Of a DNA stretch of 41,955 nt, positions 1 to 7,811 are shown in pieces (the stretch's first letter is position 1; each line of letters begins with the position of its first letter). Origin of the DNA: a virus; UHGV virus genome UHGV-0070165; one strand, written 5' to 3'. The position numbers and the translations under genes are program-made. The notes beneath the pieces are model-generated. The model did no database searches, had not been told where the DNA came from, and saw nothing but the letters and a program-made list of their open reading frames with translations.

Positions 1-34
1 TGGGCCGCAGGTTCGAATCCTGCAGGGCGCGCCA
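1..34 (+). tRNA. argU: 3' end of a tRNA-Arg (argU-type) gene, truncated by window start; overlaps prophage attL
   Basis: Sequence TGGGCCGCAGGTTCGAATCCTGCAGGGCGCGCCA reads as tRNA T-arm, acceptor stem and discriminator; recalled as the argU 3' end; integrase gene lies immediately adjacent. Confidence 0.7.
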
Positions 35-49
35 TTACAATTCAATCAG

Positions 50-1213
50 TTACGCCTTCTTTATATCCTCCATAATTCCAGAGTGGGACATATTTGGGAC
101 ATTATCACCAAAAATGTCGTCTATTTTCCTCGCATGCTCTGTCAAATGATTAGGCGCAAGGTGAGCATACCTACGAACCATTTCTATGGACTCCCATCCG
201 CCCATTTCCTGAAGCACTGATAATGGGACGCCTGACTGAATCAGCCAGCTTGCCCAGGTGTGTCTGAGGTCATGGAAACGGAAATCTTCAATTCCTGCAC
301 GACGACAAGCTGATAGCCATGATGTCTTGCTGTCGATGCGCATCTTCCTGACCGCAGGCGTTGATGTTCCATCTGCTCGCTTAGCCGCCTTGGTATGTAC
401 AAACACCCATTTGTGATGCTTGCCTATTTGATCACGCAACACTTTACAGGCGGTATCGTTCAGCGCCACACCAATGGCGCGGTTTGATTTGCTCTCTTCT
501 GGATTCACCCAGGCAACTCGTCGCTGCATGTCGATTTGTTGCCATTCCAGATTTATGATGTTCGACTTTCTCAGACCAGTTGCCAGCGCAAACTTGACGA
601 CAGATTTCAGTGGTTCGGGGCACTCATCAATAAGGCGTTTTGCTTCCTCCTTTTCCAGCCATCTGACTCGCTTGTTTCTGACCGCTGGTATCTTGATGAC
701 AGGCGCTTTTTCCAGCCACTTCCAGTCGCGTTCTGCAGCACGGAGAATAGCCTTTATCATGGCAAGATGCTTTGCCTTTGTCTGAGTTGATACTGGCTTT
801 GGTTCATAAACAGGCAGTTCTTTACCTTTCCTGATGGCGGCCTGAACTTTCTGTTTCCATATTTCTTTCGTCTTTCTGTTATGCATTCTGCTTACAGCAG
901 AGTAAATCTTTGCCTCCGAGATATCTTTAAGCCTTATACCCTCAAAATGTTCAAGCCAGAACTCAATCCGGCTTTTATCTGAATCGAGAGATTTTTTATC
1001 AGCTTTTTCCTCAAGCCATCTTAGGCAGGCCTCTTCAAAAGTGACATCAGGTAAATCCCCTAGCTTTTCTACTCGCCAGAGTTCTGCTTTTCGCTTGTCG
1101 TGCAACTCCTGAGCTTGCCGCTTGTCCTTTGTGCCAAGAGATTCCTTAATTCGTTTCCCGCCCGGGAGCGAATACGAGGCATACCATATTTCATTTCTGC
1201 GGAAGAGTGACAT
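50..1213 (-). CDS. int: Phage tyrosine integrase (DLP12 IntD-like)
   Basis: 387 aa ORF; C-terminal catalytic region with R...HDLRHT...Y motifs; positioned next to the tRNA 3' end. Confidence 0.9.
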   Translation of the reverse strand: MSLFRRNEIWYASYSLPGGKRIKESLGTKDKRQAQELHDKRKAELWRVEKLGDLPDVTFEEACLRWLEEKADKKSLDSDKSRIEFWLEHFEGIRLKDISEAKIYSAVSRMHNRKTKEIWKQKVQAAIRKGKELPVYEPKPVSTQTKAKHLAMIKAILRAAERDWKWLEKAPVIKIPAVRNKRVRWLEKEEAKRLIDECPEPLKSVVKFALATGLRKSNIINLEWQQIDMQRRVAWVNPEESKSNRAIGVALNDTACKVLRDQIGKHHKWVFVHTKAAKRADGTSTPAVRKMRIDSKTSWLSACRRAGIEDFRFHDLRHTWASWLIQSGVPLSVLQEMGGWESIEMVRRYAHLAPNHLTEHARKIDDIFGDNVPNMSHSGIMEDIKKA

Positions 1214-1440
1214 TTTCTTTCCTCTGTTATGCCATCACCCGCGCTCACCTGGACAGTATGCAGCGGAGACTGAAGCGCCGCAATGCAGGCTTGCCGTGTT
1301 GTGAGGTAAGGAGATTTTGGCTTGGTTGGATCTTTACGTGTTGCCTGTAGGCGGCCTGTTCGTATCCAGTTGGTGGCGGTTGGTCTGGATATCTTAAGAA
1401 ACTGACAGGCCTCATCGAGTGTGAGGCTGTATGATTCCAT
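1069..1440 (-). CDS. xis: Excisionase-like protein; start moved to the internal ATG (MESYSL...) preceded by AGAGGT
   Basis: ORF immediately upstream of and overlapping int, as expected for xis; tracked ORF trimmed to an ATG with a Shine-Dalgarno sequence. Confidence 0.55.
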   Translation of the reverse strand: MESYSLTLDEACQFLKISRPTATNWIRTGRLQATRKDPTKPKSPYLTTRQACIAALQSPLHTVQVSAGDGITEERKCHSSAEMKYGMPRIRSRAGNELRNLLAQRTSGKLRSCTTSEKQNSGE

Positions 1441-1690
1441 GGTTACCTCTGCTTTTTGAACGCATGTCACGTAACTTCTTAATGTGTTCTGCCGTTTCGA
1501 TCTCTTCTGCTATCCGATCTGCATCAGCTTTATTCACAGGTTCAAAGTCATGATTAAAGCGGAACATGCTGGCGATACATGTTCTGCCTTTTCGGATGTA
1601 GTGAACTTTGTTGTGGGTAGAACGCAGGATTTTGCAGGGAGTGCCGTGGTGGTCGACGTACCAGGTGTTAGGGTAAATCACTCTGAACAT
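1412..1690 (-). CDS. Hypothetical early-left protein (92 aa)
   Basis: ORF with AAGG Shine-Dalgarno 8 nt upstream; overlaps neighbours by a few codons in operon style. Confidence 0.4.
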   Translation of the reverse strand: MFRVIYPNTWYVDHHGTPCKILRSTHNKVHYIRKGRTCIASMFRFNHDFEPVNKADADRIAEEIETAEHIKKLRDMRSKSRGNHGIIQPHTR

Positions 1691-2003
1691 TCTTGACCTT
1701 GTGTTGTGCGGATTGATATTCAGTGCTGATATTCACCTTTATAGCGAACACCTTTACCGGTTTATCGCCAAAGTGTGGATGTGTGATTGTCTTCACTTCA
1801 TATCCGTCATACGGAACATCAATTCTGCGACTGGAATCGTCGCGCTTCGGATATCCCTTTGTGATAATCAGGCGGTCATACTCCCGGAACATAATTCGCT
1901 TATTCCAATAGTCATTACACAGGCGATACTCCTCCGTTTTCTCTCCGCGAATCATGGCATCGAAAAATTCACTTTTAACAGGAAGTTGCAGGTTAGCCAT
2001 CAC
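1668..2003 (-). CDS. ASCH-like (PUA-fold) domain protein
   Basis: 111 aa; contains the G-x-K-x-x-E-x-R type signature (IRGEKTEEYR) typical of ASCH domains. Confidence 0.45.
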   Translation of the reverse strand: MMANLQLPVKSEFFDAMIRGEKTEEYRLCNDYWNKRIMFREYDRLIITKGYPKRDDSSRRIDVPYDGYEVKTITHPHFGDKPVKVFAIKVNISTEYQSAQHKVKNVQSDLP

Positions 2004-2221
2004 TTAATCCCCCTTTGTTTGCGGATAAGCTCCAGATCTTGCTGGCAACTGGCGCAAGTTCGACAACCCTGAACGGCTAGGCGTCTTCGTTCATCTATCG
2101 GATCACCACACTCACAACAATGAGTGGCAGATACAGCCAGGTGGTTCAGGCGGCGCATTTTTATTGCTGTGTTGCGCTGTAATTCTTCTATTTCTGATGC
2201 TGAATCAATGATGTCTGCCAT
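2000..2221 (-). CDS. DksA/TraR-family C4 zinc-finger protein
   Basis: 73 aa with CxxC...CxxC (CCECGDPIDERR...CRTCASCQ) C-terminal zinc ribbon typical of phage TraR-like proteins. Confidence 0.7.
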   Translation of the reverse strand: MADIIDSASEIEELQRNTAIKMRRLNHLAVSATHCCECGDPIDERRRLAVQGCRTCASCQQDLELIRKQRGIK

Positions 2222-2319
2222 CTTCCATTAATCCCTGAATTGTTGGTTAATACGCTTGAGGGTGAATGCGAACAATAAAAAAGGAGCCTGTAGCTCCCTG
2301 AGGATTTTGCTTTTCATGT

Positions 2320-2601
2320 TCACCGTTCCTTAAAGGCGCCGTTTAACATACCGATTGCCAGACTTAAATGAGTCGGTGTGAATCCCATCAGCGTTACCGT
2401 TTCGCGGTGCTTCTTCAGTACGCTACGGCAAATGTCATCGACGTTTTTATCCGGAAACTGCTGTCTGGCTTTTTTGATTTCAGAATTAGCCTGACGGGCA
2501 ATGCTGCGAAGGGCGTTTTCCTGCTGAGGTGTCACTGAACAAGCCCCATGTCGGCAAGCATAAGCACACAGAATATGAAGCCCGCTGCCAGAAAAATGCA
2601 T
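2320..2601 (-). CDS. Hypothetical protein; start codon uncertain
   Basis: ORF track only; no recognisable motif. Confidence 0.3.
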   Translation of the reverse strand: MHFSGSGLHILCAYACRHGACSVTPQQENALRSIARQANSEIKKARQQFPDKNVDDICRSVLKKHRETVTLMGFTPTHLSLAIGMLNGAFKER

Positions 2602-2611
2602 TCAGTGGTTG

Positions 2612-2803
2612 TCATACCTGGTCTCTCTCATCTGCTTCTGCTTTCGCCACCATCATTTCCAGCTTTTGTGAAAGGGATGCGGCTAACGTATGAAATTCTT
2701 CGTCTGTTTCTACTGGTATTGGCACAAACCTGACTCCAATTTGAGCAAGGTTATGTGCCATCTCAATACTCGTTCTTAACTCAACAGGAGATGCTTTGTG
2801 CAT
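2612..2803 (-). CDS. Small hypothetical protein (63 aa)
   Basis: ATG preceded by a strong GGGAGG Shine-Dalgarno sequence; sits in the small-ORF cluster between exo and xis. Confidence 0.5.
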   Translation of the reverse strand: MHKASPVELRTSIEMAHNLAQIGVRFVPIPVETDEEFHTLAASLSQKLEMMVAKAEADERDQV

Positions 2804-2954
2804 ACCGCCTCCCGTTTATTATTTATCTTCTCAGCCAGCCGCTGTGCTTTCAGTGGATTTCTGATAACAGAAAGGCCGGGAAATACCCAGCCTCGCTTTG
2901 TAACGGAGTAGACGAAAGTGATCGCGCCTACCCGGATATTATCGTGAGGATGCG

Positions 2955-3635
2955 TCATCGCCATTGCTCCCCAAATACAAAACCAATTTCAGCCAGTGCC
3001 TCGTCCATTTTTTCGATGAACTCCGGCACCATCTCGTTAAAACTCGCCATGTACTTTTCATCCCGCTCAACCACGACATAATGCAGTCCTTCACGCTTCA
3101 TACGCGGGTCATAGTTGGCAAAGTACCAGGCATCTTTTTGTGTCACCCACATGCTGTACTGCACCTGGGCCATGTAAGCCGATTTTATGGCCTCGAAACC
3201 ACCGAGCCGGAACTTCATGAAATCCCGGGAGGTAAACGGGCATTTCAGTTCAAGGCCGTTGCCGTCACTGCATAAACCATCGGGAGAGCAGGCGGTGCGC
3301 ATACTTTCGTCGCGATAGATGATCGGGGATTCAGTAACATTCACGCCGGAAGTGAACTCAAAGAGGGCTCTGGCGTCGTTCTCGTACTGTTTTCCCCAGG
3401 CCAGCGCCTTAGCGTTAACTTCCGGAGCCACACCGGTGCAAACCTCGGCAAGCAGGGTGTGGAAGTAGGACATTTTCATGTCAGGCCACTTCTTTCCGGA
3501 GCGGGGTTTTGCTATCACATTGTGAACTTCTGAAGCGGTGATGACGCCGAGCCGTAATTTGTGCCATGCATCATCCCCCTGTTCGACAGCTCTCACGTCG
3601 ATCCCGGTACGCTGCAGGATAATGTCCGGTGTCAT
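2955..3635 (-). CDS. exo: Lambda exonuclease (Red alpha)
   Basis: 226 aa; sequence recognised as near-identical to lambda Exo ([36 protein letters not shown]...). Confidence 0.95.
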   Translation of the reverse strand: MTPDIILQRTGIDVRAVEQGDDAWHKLRLGVITASEVHNVIAKPRSGKKWPDMKMSYFHTLLAEVCTGVAPEVNAKALAWGKQYENDARALFEFTSGVNVTESPIIYRDESMRTACSPDGLCSDGNGLELKCPFTSRDFMKFRLGGFEAIKSAYMAQVQYSMWVTQKDAWYFANYDPRMKREGLHYVVVERDEKYMASFNEMVPEFIEKMDEALAEIGFVFGEQWR

Positions 3636-4417
3636 GCTGCCACCTTCTGCTCAGTGGCTTTCTGTTTCAGGAATCCAAGAGCTTTCACTGCTTCGGCCTG
3701 TGTCAGTTCTGACGATGCGCGAATGTCGCGGCGAAATATCTGGGAACAGAGCGGCAATAAGTCGTCATCCCATGTTTTATCCAGGGCAATCAGCAGAGTG
3801 TTAATCTCCTGCATGGTTTCATCGTTAACCGGAGTGATGTCGCGTTCCGGCTGACGTTCTGCAGTGTATGCGGTATTTTCGACAATGCGCTCGGCTTCAT
3901 CCTTGTCATAGATACCAGCAAATCCGAAGGCCAGACGGGCACACTGAATCATGGCTTTATGCCGTAACATCCGTTTGGGATGCGACTGCCACGGTCCGGT
4001 GATTTCTCTGCCTTCGCGGGTTTTGAATGGTTCGCGGCGGCATTCATCCATCCACTCGGTAACGCAGATCGGATGATTGCGGTCTTTGCGGTAAATCCGG
4101 CATGTGCAGGATTCGTTGTCCTGTTCAAAGTCCATGCCGTCAAACTGCTGGTTTTCGTTGATGATGCGGGACCAGCCATCAACGCCCACCACCGGAACGA
4201 TGCCGTTCTGCTTATCAGGGAAGGCGTAAATTTCTTTCGTCCACGGATTAAGACCGTACTGGTTGGCGACGATCAGCAATGCGATGAACTGCGCATCGCT
4301 GGCATCACCTTTAAATGCCGTCTGGCGAAGAGTGGTGATCAGTTCCTGTGGGTCGACAGAATCCATGCCGACTCGTTCAGCCAGCTTCCCAGCCAGCGTT
4401 GCGAGTGCTGTACTCAT
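3632..4417 (-). CDS. bet: Lambda Beta single-strand annealing protein (Red beta)
   Basis: 261 aa; recognised as near-identical to lambda Bet; overlaps exo start by 4 nt. Confidence 0.95.
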   Translation of the reverse strand: MSTALATLAGKLAERVGMDSVDPQELITTLRQTAFKGDASDAQFIALLIVANQYGLNPWTKEIYAFPDKQNGIVPVVGVDGWSRIINENQQFDGMDFEQDNESCTCRIYRKDRNHPICVTEWMDECRREPFKTREGREITGPWQSHPKRMLRHKAMIQCARLAFGFAGIYDKDEAERIVENTAYTAERQPERDITPVNDETMQEINTLLIALDKTWDDDLLPLCSQIFRRDIRASSELTQAEAVKALGFLKQKATEQKVAA

Positions 4418-4422
4418 CCGTT

Positions 4423-4719
4423 TTATACCTCTGAATCAATATCAACCTGGTGGTGAGCAATGGTTTCAACCATGTACCGGATGTGTTCCGCCATGCGCTC
4501 CTGAAACTCAACATCGTCATCAAATGCACGGGTAATGGCTTTTTTGCTGGCCCCGTGGCGTTGCAAATGATCGATGCATAGCGATTCAAACAGGTGCTGG
4601 GGCAGGCCTTTTTCCATGTCGTCTGCCAGTTCTGCCTCTTTCTCTTCACGGGCGATCTGCTGGTAGTGACGCGCCCAGCTCTGAGCCTCAAGACGATCCT
4701 GAATGTAATAAGCGTTCAT
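4423..4719 (-). CDS. gam: Gam, RecBCD inhibitor (98 aa GamS form)
   Basis: Sequence [21 protein letters not shown]... matches lambda GamS; in-frame stop codons lie upstream of the ATG. Confidence 0.9.
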   Translation of the reverse strand: MNAYYIQDRLEAQSWARHYQQIAREEKEAELADDMEKGLPQHLFESLCIDHLQRHGASKKAITRAFDDDVEFQERMAEHIRYMVETIAHHQVDIDSEV

Positions 4720-4794
4720 GGCTGAACTCCTGAAAATGGCTGTGAAAATATCGCCCGCGAAATGCCGGGCTGATTAGGAAAACAGGAAAGGGGA

Positions 4795-5001
4795 TTAGTG
4801 ATTGAGGCCGTTACCGCGTCCGTCGAGAAAAACTTCCACGAGCAAATCACGGGTATAAGTGCGCTCGATGCCGCGATGCAGATAAAGCCGTCCGCGTAAA
4901 TTAGCTGATGCAGTCCAGGTACCATCTTTGTGTTTGACCAGCATGCCTGGCATGACCGCACCGCGATTAACGGTCTGCGTTCCGTAATGTTGATGAACCA
5001 T
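4795..5001 (-). CDS. Small hypothetical protein (68 aa) at the kil position; the longer tracked ORF begins with TTG and is probably not real
   Basis: ATG preceded by AGGAG at about 5 nt spacing; first gene downstream of the putative leftward promoter. Confidence 0.4.
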   Translation of the reverse strand: MVHQHYGTQTVNRGAVMPGMLVKHKDGTWTASANLRGRLYLHRGIERTYTRDLLVEVFLDGRGNGLNH

Positions 5002-5278
5002 AAAAACTCCTGCCCGTAAGCTGGGCTGCTGAACATATAGAGACTTCTGCGCGTATTCAGGCGGTGGATGGCCGCCGGTTGTCATAACTAAGCCGCCTCG
5101 TTGAAGCGACTGAGGTATAAAGTGTTGTGTTGATTTCAGCTGGTCACACCGACGTTCACGCGTCCGTTTCACCCCTCGCACTCCCCGAAGCCTGCTGAAA
5201 TTCAAACTGCGGATCTAAGCGGTCATCGCAACGGTGAAACAGGTGGTTATCGTATCGTTGTGTCGTTGCGATGAATTT

Positions 5279-5352
5279 ATTTAAAACTATAGTTGTTTTA
5301 TCGTCAACAACAAAAGTTGTTTTATCGGTTGTTTTTAATATAACTGGTTGTA
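5279..5352 (-). promoter_or_regulatory. Putative leftward early promoter (pL-like) with operator repeats
   Basis: Minus strand reads TTGTTGTTGACG-17 nt-TTAAAT, closely resembling the rightward promoter TGGTTGTTGACT-17 nt-TAATCT; GTTGTT/AACAAC half-sites repeated, including the near-direct repeat AGTTGTTTTATCG at 5291-5304 and 5315-5328. Confidence 0.55.
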
Positions 5353-5442
5353 TTTAGGATGGATTTATTTTGTGACTTGCATCGCATAGCGATAACTGAA
5401 GTGAGGTGTGGTGGTTTTTTGGACGGTATGAGTTATGAGGGG

Positions 5443-5474
5443 GAGGAAAAGAAAACCCGGCGCGGTTGCCGGGT
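5443..5474 (-). terminator. Rho-independent terminator downstream of the lipoprotein gene
   Basis: On the minus strand, hairpin ACCCGGC-loop-GCCGGGT followed by TTTTCTTTTCC. Confidence 0.6.
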
Positions 5475-5481
5475 ATGATTA

Positions 5482-5862
5482 TCAGTCAGCCCAACCTGAT
5501 TTCGAGTTTATTTGGGTTTCTGACATTGTGTATTTCTTAATCGTGTCATCGTTAAAAAGAATAGTAAGTTCTTTTTTCGTACCGTTCGTTCCATTATGGA
5601 ATAATCCATAGAATGGAATAAAAGTGGTGCCATTCACTTTTACTTTTGCAAAGGCGTACTTCCAGATCTCGTTTCCACTGTCAGTATATGAAACAGCATC
5701 AGGAGAACCAAAGTAAGATTTAACCTCATTCTTGGTTGTTTTACCTTCCTGAAGTTTAGACTGGACACTAATTTCAGTTTCATTTTTGAGTTGCTGGTTG
5801 CCTGAAGAAGCACACCCAGCCAATACAGATGCCATCATGGCAGCGATTAGGATTTTTCTCAT
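5482..5862 (-). CDS. Predicted lipoprotein (signal peptide with LAGC lipobox)
   Basis: N-terminus MRKILIAAMMASVLAGC; TATAAT-like box about 20 nt upstream; own terminator downstream; lies downstream of cI where lambda carries rexAB. Confidence 0.7.
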   Translation of the reverse strand: MRKILIAAMMASVLAGCASSGNQQLKNETEISVQSKLQEGKTTKNEVKSYFGSPDAVSYTDSGNEIWKYAFAKVKVNGTTFIPFYGLFHNGTNGTKKELTILFNDDTIKKYTMSETQINSKSGWAD

Positions 5863-6091
5863 TTTATGTTTCCATTCATTATAATCAGAAACATCTTAAC
5901 ATAATGATTCGAAATAAAAACCGCTACGAGATAGGGGGACATTTTGCTGACAGTAGCAACAAATCTCAGCTAACAACGAGAATATTTACTGAAATATGCA
6001 AACAGATTTGGCGTTCTTATAGAGAATTTAGTGCAATATCTAATCCGAGTGGTATAAACCTTAACCTTCGCTCCCTTAAGTCGTAGATAAA

Positions 6092-6781
6092 TTAACCATG
6101 CTTCCTGTACGTCTGCGGCATGCTTCCAATGACCTTACCGAATATGAACACCCGGTTCATCTCGTCTTTCTCGATCGGGTCCCACGGCGAGTAGCTCTTG
6201 TTATCAGAGATAACCAGCAGCTTATCCTTCATCATTTGAAGACGTTTTACATGGGCAGTGTCGTCGTACAGAAACGCATAGATGCCATCACCGTCGAAAG
6301 ATTTAACAGTGATATCAACGAACAGCAGGTCACCTGGTTCGATCGTCCCTGACATGCTGTCACCTCGCACGTTAATGATGCGGATATTTTCCGCCTTCCT
6401 GCCATCGAACATGTGACGAGCATCGTCAAACGAGTACTCAACCGAGCGTAGAACTTCTACAAACTCACGGTTGATTACACCTGGCCCGGCACTGACTTCT
6501 ATATCAAGAACGTCAATTTTGAAGTATTTGGAATGGCTGACAGTTGATTGTATTGGTTGCACTGTACTGTCTGACATATTTCCAACGCCAGAAGATAACC
6601 ATTCTGCGCGTACACCCAAAGCGTTCGCGATCTCCACGATTTTAGTTGTTTGGTTAGCTTTCCCTGTTTCGATTTTCTGAATAGCAGCCTGGCTAACCCC
6701 GACCAAATCCCCAAGCGCCTTTTGTGTAAGGCCTCGCGCTAATCTGGCTTCTTTAAGTCTTTCTGAGAGTGTTGTTTTCAT
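6092..6781 (-). CDS. cI: CI-type prophage repressor (N-terminal HTH, C-terminal LexA-like S24 autopeptidase)
   Basis: 229 aa; HTH near LTQKALGDLVGVSQAAIQKIE; Ala-Gly cleavage site (SAGPG); Ser (GDSM) and Lys (VKRL) catalytic dyad motifs; divergent from cro. Confidence 0.85.
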   Translation of the reverse strand: MKTTLSERLKEARLARGLTQKALGDLVGVSQAAIQKIETGKANQTTKIVEIANALGVRAEWLSSGVGNMSDSTVQPIQSTVSHSKYFKIDVLDIEVSAGPGVINREFVEVLRSVEYSFDDARHMFDGRKAENIRIINVRGDSMSGTIEPGDLLFVDITVKSFDGDGIYAFLYDDTAHVKRLQMMKDKLLVISDNKSYSPWDPIEKDEMNRVFIFGKVIGSMPQTYRKHG

Positions 6782-6822
6782 AGATCAAATGTACAACCAA
6801 GGTTTTATTTCATCAAACGAAA

Positions 6823-6858
6823 ATGGTTGTTGACTAAAAACAACCATAGTTTTAATCT
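6823..6858 (+). promoter_or_regulatory. Rightward promoter (pR-like) with overlapping operator palindrome
   Basis: ATGGTTGTT-GACTAAA-AACAACCAT is a perfect 9 bp inverted repeat overlapping TTGACT (-35); TAATCT lies 17 nt downstream; sits between cI and cro. Confidence 0.6.
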
Positions 6859-6885
6859 TGATTCGGATTAACCGCGGAGGTTGTT

Positions 6886-7116
6886 ATGAACCCAGCAATC
6901 AAAACAGCGATCAATATCGTTGGTTCACAAAAGAAACTAGGCGATGCCTGCGAAGTTTCACAGCAGGCCGTCTATAAGTGGCTTCACAACAAAGCAAAGG
7001 TATCCCCTGAACATGTCGGCAGCATTGTTACGGCTACTGGTGGAGTTGTGAAGGCATACCAGATTCGCCCGGATCTTCCGAAGTTGTTTCCACACACCGA
7101 AAAGAACGCAGCTTAA
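6886..7116 (+). CDS. cro: Cro-like HTH repressor
   Basis: 76 aa; GGAGG Shine-Dalgarno; HTH (QKKLGDACEVSQQAVYKW); transcribed divergently from cI. Confidence 0.8.
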   Translation: MNPAIKTAINIVGSQKKLGDACEVSQQAVYKWLHNKAKVSPEHVGSIVTATGGVVKAYQIRPDLPKLFPHTEKNAA

Positions 7117-7128
7117 ATTTCCATTTCA

Positions 7129-7141
7129 CGCTCTTTAACAA
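7129..7141 (+). promoter_or_regulatory. boxA-like element (rrn-type consensus) at the nutR position
   Basis: CGCTCTTTAACAA, 12 nt after the cro stop, matches the recalled rrn/lambdoid boxA consensus GCTCTTTAACAA; no obvious boxB hairpin follows. Confidence 0.45.
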
Positions 7142-7185
7142 TAAGCAATCAACTTAACAGTCAATTCAAACTAAAGGAGTCAATT

Positions 7186-7725
7186 ATGCAACCACTTACA
7201 TACCAACAGACTAGCGAATTTATTCCGACTGCGGTGATAAATCGTTCTCAAACAAAACAAGCTCCAGGCCACGAAAAAATCCGTGATGCCGTCCGCGCCT
7301 GGTCGGCTGTAGATAATCAGGATGTCGTTGCCGCACTCATTGTGAATGAGTATCGGGAGCAGGGCGACGGCACCATCGATTTCCCTGATGATGTCAGCCG
7401 TGCACGCCAGAAGCTGTTCCGCTTCCTCGATAACAAATTCGATTCTGAAAAATACCGAAATAACGTGCGTGAACTGACCCCGGCAATTCTGGCGGTACTA
7501 CCGCTGGAATATCGCGGTTACCTGGTTGAGCTGGATAGCTTCATGACTCGGTTGGCTGAAATGGAAAAGGAACTCAGTGAGGCAAAACAGGCTGTCATTC
7601 TCAACGCACCACGCCACCAGAAACTGAAGGAAATGAGTGAAGGTATTGTGTCGATGTTTCGTGTGGACCCGGATCTGGCTGGTCCATTAATGGCGATGGT
7701 GACCACCATGCTGGGGGCAATATGA
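7186..7725 (+). CDS. YdaT-like protein occupying the cII position
   Basis: 179 aa; AAGGAG Shine-Dalgarno; segment ELTPAILAVLPLEYRGYL resembles the Rac prophage YdaT family as recalled. Confidence 0.5.
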   Translation: MQPLTYQQTSEFIPTAVINRSQTKQAPGHEKIRDAVRAWSAVDNQDVVAALIVNEYREQGDGTIDFPDDVSRARQKLFRFLDNKFDSEKYRNNVRELTPAILAVLPLEYRGYLVELDSFMTRLAEMEKELSEAKQAVILNAPRHQKLKEMSEGIVSMFRVDPDLAGPLMAMVTTMLGAI

Positions 7726-7811
7726 CAGGTTCAGAAATGGCGAAAGTCGGTCTGCGGGAACAGAACCGACTTTCAGGTGCAAATCGTAACACACTCATTG
7801 CGGGAGGAATT

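Noticed and set aside
474-790. Two plus-strand ORFs (103 and 84 aa) inside the integrase gene
   Set aside because: Antisense to int; no ribosome-binding sites; low-complexity translations.
4795-5205. 136 aa ORF with an Arg-rich N-terminus (RLRGVRGVKRTRERR) that might be an N-like antiterminator
   Set aside because: It starts with TTG and has no Shine-Dalgarno sequence; its C-terminal part is better explained as a 68 aa protein from ATG 5001 with a strong AGGAG; no similarity to N proteins recognised.
5829-6086. 85 aa plus-strand ORF between the lipoprotein gene and cI
   Set aside because: Overlaps the lipoprotein start and its promoter region on the opposite strand; AT-rich with no Shine-Dalgarno sequence; likely spurious.
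7722-7811. N-terminal 30-codon extension of O in the ORF track
   Set aside because: The extension overlaps the preceding gene and lacks a Shine-Dalgarno sequence; the ATG at 7812 has a strong GGGAGGA and matches where lambda O begins.
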